From Lingula anatina (taxonomy: Eukaryota > Animalia > Brachiopoda), in NCBI GenBank assembly GCA_051362555.1, contig CM120640.1:41580788-41644787 (forward strand): a stretch of 64,000 bases of DNA, read 5' to 3'. How positions within the stretch are numbered: position 1 is the first letter of the stretch; each line of letters opens with the position of its first letter. Under the pieces are notes generated by a model, which was given only the letters and a program-made list of their open reading frames with translations, made no database searches and had not been told where the DNA came from. The translations under genes and the position numbers were made by a program. Below are positions 13,301 through 24,348 of the stretch, in pieces.

Positions 13301-15654
13301 ACATTGGGTAATATGCAGCATATATACCTATTCATGACTTTTTACCTTTCTACGAAGTAGGCCCTATTCACAATGCTTTAATATTTTGGGAGCATGGATA
13401 AAGACATGTTGTTAGTTTGATACGTGTTTCTGTGGTAAATTAGTGTTTCCAGCTGTGTACTGAAAATAGAACTTTTCTTAAGCAGATTTTTTTTTTTTTT
13501 TTTTGGACTGTTTTTTTTTTTTTTTCGCCCGCTCGCACCGATTTTGGGGTCCCCAGAGGATGTCATCCATAAAAATAAAAAAGTGTGGCCTAAAAAGTCA
13601 CATAATACTTCAAGTAAAGTGCATGCACCTTACATTTGATTGTAATAATTTTGCAGTGAAAAAGGGAAGTAAGTTATGATGAAAATGGTTATTTTTTTTG
13701 GGGAAAAGTAATCTTATTAGTGTAAACCTTTTTGAATTTGAGTGAGAAGAATTTGATATATTTTACTTGGTACATATTTACTTAAGTTTAAAATGGATTA
13801 CAGTTACTGTGCAGAACTGGACCCATTTAAGTAATGGCTTCAGAAGTTCAGAATGTGCATAACATTCCTAATTAATAATTGTATTTGAATAGATGCCATT
13901 TTAAAATAATAAATATTTTGTGATATTATGGATTTTGATCATGGTTACTGAATTTTGCTCTAGTTGCTGTAAACAAACTTCCCAACTTTCTTGCGGATCC
14001 AAACACCAATGGTACCAGCCCAATGCCACACCATCATGGCACCATTCATCTGAACTCTGAACACATGGATCTCATCCACCAGGCTTTTAAGGATGCAGAG
14101 TCTGGGTCATGGAGTAAAAGGTAGGATTTTTGATGGTCTTATACGATGAGAGTTTACCTCTTCTAGTAAAGGAGGTTATGTTTTTAATTGCATTGGTGCT
14201 GTATGTCGCTGGACAAGATATCTAAAAAAGTTCTCCACAATGTTTTATTTATACCATCTATCTGAAGTTATGTTAACATTGTTATTATCTGATTTGCTTT
14301 AGACCAGTGTTGGAGATGACCATTCCATCCAGTTTGGACCCCACCATCTCCCCTCCTGGCAGCCATGTGGTGCTGCTGTTCACACAGTACACACCTTATC
14401 ATTTGGCAGGAGGTAGAGAATGGACCCAGCAGGACAAACAGGATTATATGGATACCGGTAGAAAAATTATTGTGATTTTAATTTTCAAGGAAAGATTTAC
14501 ACAGGCCTGTGAATAGTCTTGTAAAGTAACCAAGTTATTTTAAGGGATCATTATTTGGTAAATCTGAAAAATAATCTTAAATGCCCTCAACGAAATAGAT
14601 GCCAATAGATTGCACTCCTCATTGGTTAGCCCAGGGTGCCACATAGGACAAGCATATTCAACAATAGAGAGAAATAAACTGGTTCACCAGTATAAGAACT
14701 TTAGAAGACAGTTAGGGTCTCCTATACTAAAATTTAGGCAATTTTTAAATAATACTGTTTTGATAATTAACATTATCAAAACAGTAAGATGGTATCTTTA
14801 GAAATGGTCTTTAGTTATGATTTGACAAACGTGTGATTATTGCATCTGTTTCAGTATTTGACTGTATTGAGGAATATGCCCCGGGGTTCAGGGACAGTGT
14901 GGTAGGGGTGGATATCTTGACCCCAAAAGACCTGGAGGACACATTTGGACTGACAGGAGGGGTGAGTATGTTTTTCATGCTGGTTTGTACATGCATACAT
15001 GGATGCGTGTGTGTCCATCCAATATATGTTGTTTGTGCTTTAGTTAGGCAAACAAACATGCAAAGTCATGAAACACACCTATCAGTATCATTCTCTTAAT
15101 TTTCTGAATATGGGTTGGTAGTTTACAGAGTGTTTCCTAGAATTATAACAGAAATGTAATATGGAATTTCTAGACTGAATTTTAGGAAAGGGTCACTTCA
15201 GTCAAAAGAAGTATTGATAAGTATATAAACGACATGTTACAGAACATCTTCCATGGTGCCATGAGTCTGAACCAGTTTTATATAGGCCGTCCTCTGCCAG
15301 CTTGCTGTGGTTCCAGGTCTCCTGTCAAAGGACTTTACCTCTGTGGCAGTGGTGCACATCCAGGTAAATTTTAATGATTTTTATTTTCATTGAATTTTTC
15401 TTCTGTTTGTTCTTTTAAGTCTTGATATATTATTAAAAGTAATACTTATCTGTTGAGAAAATGGAGGCACAAATTATTATTATTTTAATTATATTTTCTG
15501 GTATCTGTTTGGCAAGTGTGTGTGTAACAGTGAAGCTATTAGTTTTTTATATAGACAACCATTTTAAGCTGCTTGAATTTCAGGTGGAGGAGTTATGGGA
15601 TCCCCAGGTCGGCTGGCAGCATTTTCAGCTATGGAGGATTTTAAGAAAAAATAA
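2742..15654 (+). CDS. PYROXD2: Pyridine nucleotide-disulfide oxidoreductase domain-containing protein 2 (phytoene-dehydrogenase-like FAD enzyme), ~16 exons
   Basis: Approximate exons: 2742-2901, 3700-3719 (20-nt microexon), 4727-4820, 5116-5189, 5489-5661, 6019-6172, 8536-8597, 8812-8909, 9033-9175, 9536-9663, 10146-10217, 13963-14120, 14303-14456, 14855-14961, 15243-15363, 15584-15654. Motifs: [88 protein letters not shown]. Confidence 0.95.
3061..3357. mobile_element. Degenerate non-autonomous DNA element (hAT-like MITE, CAG(G/T)GGC...GCCCCTG termini)
   Basis: GC-rich island in PYROXD2 intron 1 that starts CAGTGGCAG and ends CCTGGATCTGCCCCTG, with internal G/C runs. No exact TSD. Confidence 0.45.
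3487..3650. repeat. Imperfect ~95-bp tandem duplication
   Basis: TCTACTAGTATCTA...GTACCATACATG(C/T)ATATCTTTATCTATTA...TCATTCAGCA occurs twice (~3489 and ~3583). Confidence 0.7.
4090..4429. mobile_element. Kolobok-like MITE, copy 1
   Basis: TTAA|AGGGATAATAACT ... AGTTATTATCCCT|TTAA, i.e. TIRs with a TTAA target duplication. The internal sequence is homologous to 29695-29993. Confidence 0.8.
7927..8000. repeat. (TA)n microsatellite
   Basis: Uninterrupted TA run followed by ATTA-type repeats. Confidence 0.95.
10222..13590. mobile_element. Non-autonomous TIR DNA transposon (PIF/Harbinger-like, TAA TSD) in a PYROXD2 intron, carrying an RT fragment
   Basis: TIRs GGCCACACTTTTTTAATTTTATGGATGACATCC / GGATGTCATCCATAAAAATAAAAAAGTGTGGCC. 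TAA flanks both sides (10219-10221, 13591-13593). Subterminal CGCACCGATTTT and poly-A/T tracts occur at both ends. Confidence 0.88.
10608..12592 (+). pseudogene. Internal fragment of non-LTR retrotransposon ORF2 (reverse transcriptase; RTE-X-like, clade tentative)
   Basis: ORFs 10580-11284 and 11321-12619 share one frame, split by a single TAG (11282-11284). Motifs: [75 protein letters not shown]. There is no endonuclease domain, and the fragment is cut inside the C-terminal Cys motif. Confidence 0.92.
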
Positions 15655-16175
15655 AAATGGATATAAACTAACATTACACAGTACAAGAGAATGGGTATGG
15701 GTACACAGTACATAATATGGGGATATGTTGGATATAATATGGAATTCTTCAGACAGATTTTAAAGACAAAATAGTAGTATTTTTATCAAGTAAATAGATC
15801 ATTTATGTGATCTAGTTCTTAAGCAAATTTAATTGTGCCATACACCAGTGCTTAGTACAGAAAAAAGCTTGGCAAATAAAATTGTAAAAAGTCTTTTTCA
15901 TAAATTGCAGCAAAAATCAACACCCAGGAGAGAGTGTGTAAGATGCATAGTACCAAGGATGTCATATTACCTATATGCCCTTAGTATAAATCAACAGTGG
16001 CCACTTAGAATAGGTGCTTGTGGCATGCTATGTATATTACTTTATTTCTGTTTATTATCAAACTTGCTCCAAAAGGAAAATGATTTCCGATTTTTGTAAT
16101 TGGCTAAATAAACTCTTCTCTTATAACCTAAATGGCTTGCATATAAAAAAGCTGTCATGATTTTGGAATGAATAT

Positions 16176-18617
16176 CTACAGCACCTTGTAAGTAAAGACT
16201 ATCCCATTTTTTTGGAATGAGTAATTTGGTACTACTTTGCGCTCCATCTTTTCCCACTTTCCCTCTATTTCAAGCTGCTTCATATATGGCTCCAGGTTTT
16301 TATATTCCTCTACATAATCAAGGTATTCTTCTCTCATGACAATACAAATAAGACCTCCTAAAACAAACAAAAAAAGCACAACGTGATTGGGAATTTTAAA
16401 TATATATGAAAAAATAAAGGTTACATGTGACATTTTACAAAATTCTAAAAATAAGCGACACTTACAATGAGCAACTAAAAATTATCGAAAATCTGTATGA
16501 CTGGCGTATTGGTCAGATAAGTTGTTAATTTATCCTACTGATGATCTCATATTTCGCCTCTTGTTTACCTCCAAGACTTATTTCTGTTCAAAGTTTATTA
16601 CCTGTGCAAATCACATTACCTTTTTTCACTATTCGAATCATTTCATTTAGAGCTGAACATTTTATATGCCCTTCTCCCATTCCGCCCGAAATTACAATGG
16701 CATCGTACGTGTCTGTAAGTGAACGGTGCATATTCCTTTTATACCGTATTTCCTGCGCCTTTTTCATTATTCATACTCGATATCTTCTTTTTAATTGTCA
16801 TAAGAACGTTAAGAAAAACGTACGATAAATAATAAAATTCGTTTAGATGTAAGTAAACTTCAATTTAACATATGGTCTTATCAAAAGCTGAAACGAAATA
16901 CTTAACTTTTATGATTTCGATGTTCTCATTACCTTCTTCAATACTGGCAGTGGGTTCAGAGGTAATGAAGCTATTAATTAACCGCCCATAAATATTTTTC
17001 CTTTCTGCTATGTTCAGTAATGTCTTGGAAGGATCTAGACCGTCGATGGCAGTAAAACCCCTTTGATGCAACTGGGAAAATAAATAAAATGCCGACAATT
17101 TTTTATCCAAACACTCCATAATAAGCTAATGATATACCCACTGAAACGTCAAGAAAAACAAAATTTGAACATATACCGTGTAAGTGGTCCATAGGCATCT
17201 TAATTATGAGGTAAATATGAGATAATATAGACAATTGTGTGACTCACTTGTTCGCCAACCATACCAGTCCCTGCCGCGACGTCCAAGACGTACGCATCAC
17301 GCCTGCCTTTTTCGAAGTGCTCCGCCAACGAAGTTGCTGCTATAACTGGTCCATTGTAGCGCCCGGCAAAATCCTAAAAGAAAAGCAAACCTAAATTAAA
17401 GTAAAGGCAGGCGGGCGAGTTTCTGCGGGAAGCGCTTGTTTAAAACAGAGGTTGGTCGCGTTCTCGTGACGTGATGCCAGTGGAAACGTGCATAGCAAAT
17501 CCGAAAAATGGGAATTAAAACATGCATGCGTCAAATTTTGGACGCTGTCTAAAAAGCTGAGGAAACTTAACAAACCGGAGTTGCAAAGCAAGCACAAAAT
17601 TTGCAGTCGCAAACCGGGGGGTACAAATGGGCGGCTGGAGCTCTGGTGTGTTTTTTTCCCATGTTGGATCCTAGTATAAACGTAGTCCCAGCTATACTTT
17701 TCTTATTCGCTCAATATTGCACAAAGACGCTTTCTTGATTCATTTTTGAATTTCTGATCAAATTTAGCTGCCATTTTTGTATGTAAGAGTATCAATCCGT
17801 GCTTAATAACAAAATATGATTTCTAAATAATTTTTTCAAACTGATTCACCTAAATACACTTAATATGGTACTAGAAAGAAATAACAGTAAAGTGATAAAT
17901 GTTGCATTGTTTTGACACAAATGTCTTTCTTTTTCTTTAAAATTTATTGTAAGGTTCACATATCACATCTATATTCGATCTTCAAAAAAAAAAAAAAAAA
18001 AAAAAATCCAAGTAAGCGTATGTACATGGAGTTAGGAAGGGTCTTGTGTTCTGATGGGATTTAAAGAATAATAGAATAATTAAAGGCTATGGAAAAGGAG
18101 AATAGAGAATAAAATAATTAAAAACTATATATGAGAGGGAAACGTAGCAGAGGTTAAGAATCTGCTCATTCCAAACGGGAGAGTTACAACTGCATTGGAA
18201 GGTATAGGCTAGATATTTAAGCCATAATTTCGATAATAAACAAAAGGCCAGGCATTGACCGATGTAGTGTACAGTTCTGTAAATTCATTTTGACTCATTC
18301 AGAAGACAATGTATGTCAATCATCCAGAAGCAGGGTTTACTGCAGTTGCGTGCATTGCCAAGGCAAAAAAAGAACAAAGCGTATTTAAAAATTAGAGGCC
18401 ATTCTCACTTTTGATCTGCTAATAAAGCAAATAGTATGAAAAGTGAAGACACAGCGTGGTTTCGTTTCATTACCTTTTCATAGTTTTCTCCCCACTTGTT
18501 GTAAATTTCAACCATTTCTTCGGGTGCGATGCCTTCTCGGTGCGCCGAATAATTTGTGTTGTACGCGTGAATATCTTCACCTGGAACATCTTTCATTCCT
18601 TTTTCGTAGTGAGCCAT
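16176..18617 (-). CDS. METTL27: Methyltransferase-like protein 27 (WBSCR27-like class I SAM methyltransferase), 5 exons
   Basis: Approximate exons: 18474-18617 (MAHYEKG..EIYNKWGENYEK), 17249-17374 (YVLDVAAGTGMVGEQ, SAM motif I), 16933-17071 (GFTAIDGLDPS), 16602-16712 (YDAIVISGGMGEGHI..MIRIVKKG), 16176-16357 (GLICIVMREEYL..KVL*). Confidence 0.88.
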
Positions 18618-19275
18618 GGTATATTTCTGTTTTTCGGTCTTTATGCGTGAAATGAGATGTAAAATGTTTTGGTTAAAAAGAACATGTACGTACAGATTTC
18701 TCACTGATTAAAAAATGGATAATAATGACGAGACACCTGTAGGCCTATGAAGGAGGCATATGGGATAAAAAAAAAAATTGCAAATTTACAATTCTAGCAA
18801 TCTATGAAATAATGATAAATGAATTATCCAGACGTAAAGTATTTTAATTTACCCAATTTAAAGAATCGATTGTGTTCGTACTTAAAGGCACACATTTAAA
18901 TTTTAATGAAATTAAATTTCACATTGAAAAGAACTCGCACAGTAGGCCTATAGGCCTTGATGTTTTAAACCCAAAGATCGACTGATATATGTTTGTTAGT
19001 TTGGAGTCGATCCCAGACTACCGGTACACCGGGTACCCTGTGGATCCCTTCGAAATCTGTATACCAGAAAAAATGAATAAGATGAATAAATGAAATAATG
19101 TAGCAGCCTGTGAATAAATGTATTGGGTAAGATATGAAACCAAATTGATCTGTATCGCAATTCAAACTGTTAGCGTAATAGGTATTTTGCAGTAAAAAAC
19201 ATTTCTTTGCAATAAACACTGTTGTTAGGCCTAATGAAAAATGCAAACAAGTTAATGCAGAAAAGTTTTTTCTGG

Positions 19276-19511
19276 TTACCTCCGCCAAGGAGGTTATGTT
19301 TTCACCCCTGTTTGTCTGTTTGTTTGTCTGTCATCAACATAACTCAAAAAGTTATGGACCGATTTTGATGAAATTTTCAGGGTAGGTCAGAAGTGGGCCA
19401 AGGAAGAGATAATTAGTTTTATGGTGTGATCCGGATCAATAATCAATATAGGCTAATAATCAAAAATCGCTGCCTTGGCGGAGGTCTGCGCTCTCGGAGT
19501 GCTTTTCTAGT
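19276..19511 (+). mobile_element. Helentron-associated non-autonomous element (HINE/DINE-1-like)
   Basis: Subterminal inverted repeats ACCTCCGCCAAGG / CCTTGGCGGAGGT, a GTTT/GTCT microsatellite near the 5' end, a 3' hairpin GCGCTCTCGGAGTGC, and a CTAGT end. Confidence 0.85.
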
Positions 19512-20491
19512 ATTATTATCATTATTAATTATTATTATTATTATAACTGAATGACAGACCTCTTAGTTGACGAACAGTATTCAGATGCACCGCAATAAAT
19601 ACTGATAACCATGCAGTGCCGGTGCATTATTGCAGTACGTGTTCGCTGAATGAGGGCGACATTATATACTGATAGGTCTATCTTGGCCTACAGCGACATC
19701 TATTACTACGCCTGCATACCAATGAAGCAAACAAAGCTGAAACTTTGACTTCTGAAATATCATAAACAAAGGTAAATTAAGGTATATGTGAGGGGGTATG
19801 AATGTAATTAAAATCATTTTTTGCAACGAGTTGATTTCTACTTAGGTTTTACCGCCTGCAGATTATATTTTAGCTGTAGCTACATCTTATACACCTATAA
19901 CTTGTAAGTTGCATTAGTTACTAGTACCATGCACTTCACGGTAGTTGTTATCGTCTAGGTTTTACATGCATTTAAAACGTAATGAATCCAGATACAGTCT
20001 CTTTGGGATAGTTAGACTATGTAAAACGACAAAAATGTGATAGAACTTACTTCAGCGACAGATTCGGGGTGAAACCGCTTGTTTCTTTGTTTGAGCAACA
20101 GGGCCGAATAATTCTGTAGCAGAAACACCAACCAGAAAATGAAACTTGATACTTGAACACATGTGGTGTAAGCCAGAAGCATTGCGATTAAGTTGTCTCT
20201 TTTGATTGGTGCTTGATTTGAGCTGTTCATTTAGATGGTTGAGAGCAAGTATAATTTCCTGTCTTCTTGGTGGATGTGTGTGTGAATGGTGAAAATTTAT
20301 GTTGCTTATACACTGTATTTCATGAAGATTTATTTAACTTGAAAGGTATTGATTAAACAATTTAAATGTGACTAAGTTGAGTGTGAAAGATTATTTTATT
20401 TTGGATCTTAAACAGTTTATAATAAAAAATAATCTAAAGACAATAGTTCATACTTTTACAGATAAAGACAAGTGCTGAAGTGCTGTCCAAA

Positions 20492-20719
20492 ATGCCCGAG
20501 TCAAAAACTGGAATAAGAGAAGTCCTACCAAAGCAGGGCATGCTGCATCAAGAAGACATCCCAACCACAGTGCTCTGCAAACCAAAACTCCTTCCACTCA
20601 AATCTGTGACTTTAGAAAAACTGGAGAAAATGCAAAAAGAGGCACAAGAGACAGTGCGCAAACAGGAAGAAGAGGCACAGCAGCTAACACAACAAATGGC
20701 ACAAAGCTCATTTTCATAG
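20492..20719 (+). CDS. BBIP1: BBSome-interacting protein 1 (BBIP10)
   Basis: [56 protein letters not shown] carries the EVLPKQG and [19 protein letters not shown] signatures. Acceptor at ~20461, probable 5'UTR exon donor at ~19771, AATAAA at ~20751. Confidence 0.93.
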   Translation: MPESKTGIREVLPKQGMLHQEDIPTTVLCKPKLLPLKSVTLEKLEKMQKEAQETVRKQEEEAQQLTQQMAQSSFS

Positions 20720-21674
20720 TAAAAGACCATGATTATAATATTGGACTCTGAATAAATAAGACGTACATACTGTTACAGACTCAAACTGTAAAATTGATAA
20801 GGACAGTTGTACTCTTAACAGTAAGATTTTATGGAAAATGATGATGAAATACAGGGATGATAAGTTCATCTATAGAAAATTCCATTCTAAGGATGCAAGA
20901 AGCCTGTAACTCTGATTATGGATCTCATTCTTGACAAAATATTGTTTACATTTTGCATTAAGTATACAGTGAGGACAGATTTTATTTTATTTATTTTTTT
21001 TTTTCAGGGGAGGAAATGTAATGGAAAAATTGCATGCCAAGTCTTTCAAAATCTATGATAATCTTTAATCATCCATTTAACTTGATCAATCTTTTCGGAT
21101 TTAGGAAGCACTCATTAATGCACAGAATGAAGTACATTTACAACATACACATCAACCAAGTACAAGTTTTAAGTCCTCTTTCATGAGTCTGAGGCTAACA
21201 TACTTGGCATTTCCTGGTGGTCCTTCACAGTTATTATTTATACGTATCATATTAAATAAAGTATATGTGGACAAATTGAGAAGGAAAGTTACTTTACAGT
21301 TTCCCGTTTTTACACCACATTGCCACTAATCTATGATTGGTACACATTTCGCTCATTGTGAACACAAATATCTACCCTGTATGATAAAAAGTGTTAGAAG
21401 ATTGAATGTCAAGTAAGGAAAAGTTTACTAAATATGATCGCTTGTTAATGCCAAATTAGCTATGAAAAGGATGATCTGCATAAAAACATTGTAAATCGTC
21501 AAAATACTTCATGAAGTCGGACACAACGTCATGACAGCATCCTGTATAATAGATCTTAGGGTATAGCATTGCCACTAGTATTAGACATGTATTTGAGAAA
21601 CGAAGCGATATCTTGATGCCCAGGGTGCATAACAACCACGTTCTTTTCAATTTGCATGTATCATTATTAAGATC

Positions 21675-21720
<46 letters not shown>

Positions 21721-23082
21721 GATCTTTGTTAGTATCAGTCCTAGAAATGACAGTCGAATGTGAATTGGTCTGTTAAGGAAAAATCCAGACATTCTATGTC
21801 AAATCTGTGCACTATACTAGTATTGACGAAGCTTATTTGACGTTTATTTCGCAAAGCGTTTTCATAAATGTCAGTCTTATGCGTTCCGCACATCACTGAC
21901 CGACACACGACATGCAAAATGGAACTAAATTAATTTTCAGTACTTGAATAAAATAAGAAAAGACTCACTTCTGCTGTAGACTGTAAATCACTGGATCGTG
22001 TCGGAGTTTTCTTGGCGTTGCATGTTGACTACTGCGCTAAGAGGGGTCGAGTTATGTTGACCTCGCGTTAAACAAAGAGTTGCATCATGTACTTTCTTGC
22101 TTTAAATAGTATGACGATTCTCGTTTAACCCATTCCAAGTCACATAATCATCGAAAACTAGCAAATTATGCTTAAGTCACCACGTGCAGATTTTTAAAAT
22201 GGCTTCAGGTCGCTATTACTCGCACCGCTCTGTGGGAGTAATGAGTATAGTACTACACAACTGTTCTGTTCCAGTGATGGACTTCATAAAAACACTGTTC
22301 GTTTGACCAAACCTTTATTTGTCGATCTCAATGTTTTCTCACAGGAGCAGCTATGCGTCCTTTATTTCATCATCTTTGTGTAGCTATGGAAACGTAATTT
22401 TGAACTTTCTATAATATGTTGATCTATATTAAATCAAAATTTATTTAAAGTATATATTTAGCTTCTTTTTCATTTATATAACCTATTTCCTAAACACCGC
22501 TAAAAACCAATTTTAATCCTTTAAAAATAGACAATTTTATCGTTTTTTCAGTCTGTAGGTGTCACTCACAGGTGAACAAGTAACAAGCAGGATAATAATG
22601 TGGCATTTATCAAAATTATTCCCTGCTTTTATTAGTAATGATTTACTTTAAACCTAAAAACTGTAAGCATGTGAAAAAACGTCAATTTTTCTTATACGTC
22701 GCATATATGATAGACATCTCCAAGTGTTAAACGTATTGTGACGCCAATGGCCTGTGCAGGCGTTACCAAGTAACGCTAAAGCTATTTGTGATAAGCTGCT
22801 CGCAAGCGAATAAGGCAATTTTTATTTTGAGTAAATTTTGTCGGCAATAATTATTGCGTCGCATATGGCTTTCTTAGGCATGAAAAACAGTTACATGTAT
22901 ATTTTTCACAGAGGAACGTTCAGACTGGAAAAAGAAGTGAGTTATTGCTTTTTTCGCAGAACAAAAATCAAATTGTGGCTCTTTTATCCGTTTGATGTGC
23001 ATTTCACCAGCAAAGATGTATTTTCAGGTTAATGTTAATCAGGACATTTTAAGTATCTAACTTTGATACTTTACCCATCCAA

Positions 23083-23129
<47 letters not shown>

Positions 23130-24348
23130 GCCCTGAAGACATTAACGAACATGGTTTCAATCTTTTCAAATCAATAAAAACCTAAGACAAAACGAATTTG
23201 ACCCCTTTTTCTTCAATTTTCCTAATTAATATGTAGCGTTATGGCTCTTTTCTGGAAGGAAGACACGATGATTCCGATTTTGGGAGATATAGGATCCGAT
23301 GCGGTGTACAAGGCATTGAACATGATAAACAAACAAAATTGACACTTGTACATGTAGGCCTACATGTACTTACAGACGCAACAATATAAATTTTAGCAGA
23401 ACATCAAGTAATTCGATAAAAAATATCAGAATATAGGAAAAGATAAAGAAGATAACTTTTGGAACCAAAGTTACGTAAAATTAAAAAAGGGACGTACCGA
23501 ATTTTATTAGGCCTAATATAAGAATAGTGTGGAGAACAGTTTGTGAAGATTTTGGTGACTTTATTTCGATCTATATTTTCCGCAAATATGTTATACAGAG
23601 ACATATCTTACTGACTAAATAGCATATTCGACGTTTTGTCATGACAGGAAGTGTTGGCCGAAGAAGAGCTTGAGATGGGTCCTCTAACTGCAAACAGCAG
23701 CAATAGGCCTATTGTTGACAATTGAATGGCTAGGAGAACGCAGTTAACCGCCAGCTTCTTCAATGATTCATTCAAGTTTCATGATTATTTTGAAGTAGCT
23801 GACTCTATGAACAAACTGTCCATTTAATTACAAATATATTTGGATATATGTCTTTACATCAATTCAAAACCACGTGCCGCTTTCACTTTTTGAAAAATGT
23901 AGCCTAATATAAACAGCTATCAAAATCAATAAATAACAGTCAGTCGAATTCAAGTTTCCCCTTTTTTTAGATTTGTAAATTATATATCTATTGCTCTCTG
24001 TCAGTTTCACCTAGATGAAATTAATTTTACTTGCTAAAATAACATGAAACTAGTATCTGATACAGGCCTACGAAACCGTACTTTGCTATATGTGACGTCA
24101 CCAGATACTGGTATAACATCTAGTCAAATAACTTGGTTCCATATGAAGAAAACTTCCACAACAGTTATAGTTAATAAAAATGATTATTGACATTTATTAA
24201 GAAATTTTCAAAGTTGATGGTTACAAAAATTATTTTGTAACATGATGCCTGGCGAAAATGTGTGGTAAATGTAACTATAACCAATGGAATGGTTCCCCGG
24301 AACTAATTTTCGCGCAAACATGGCGGTTGGGAATAAGGCAAATTCAAT

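Noticed and set aside
17396-17700. CpG-rich block in METTL27 intron 1 as a Kolobok-like MITE
   Set aside because: The terminal match (AAGTAAAGGC / GCTATACTT) is too weak and TTAA is present on one side only.
21969-22023. Minus-strand ATG...TGA...donor as a selenoprotein first exon
   Set aside because: No downstream coding exon or SECIS element was recognisable.
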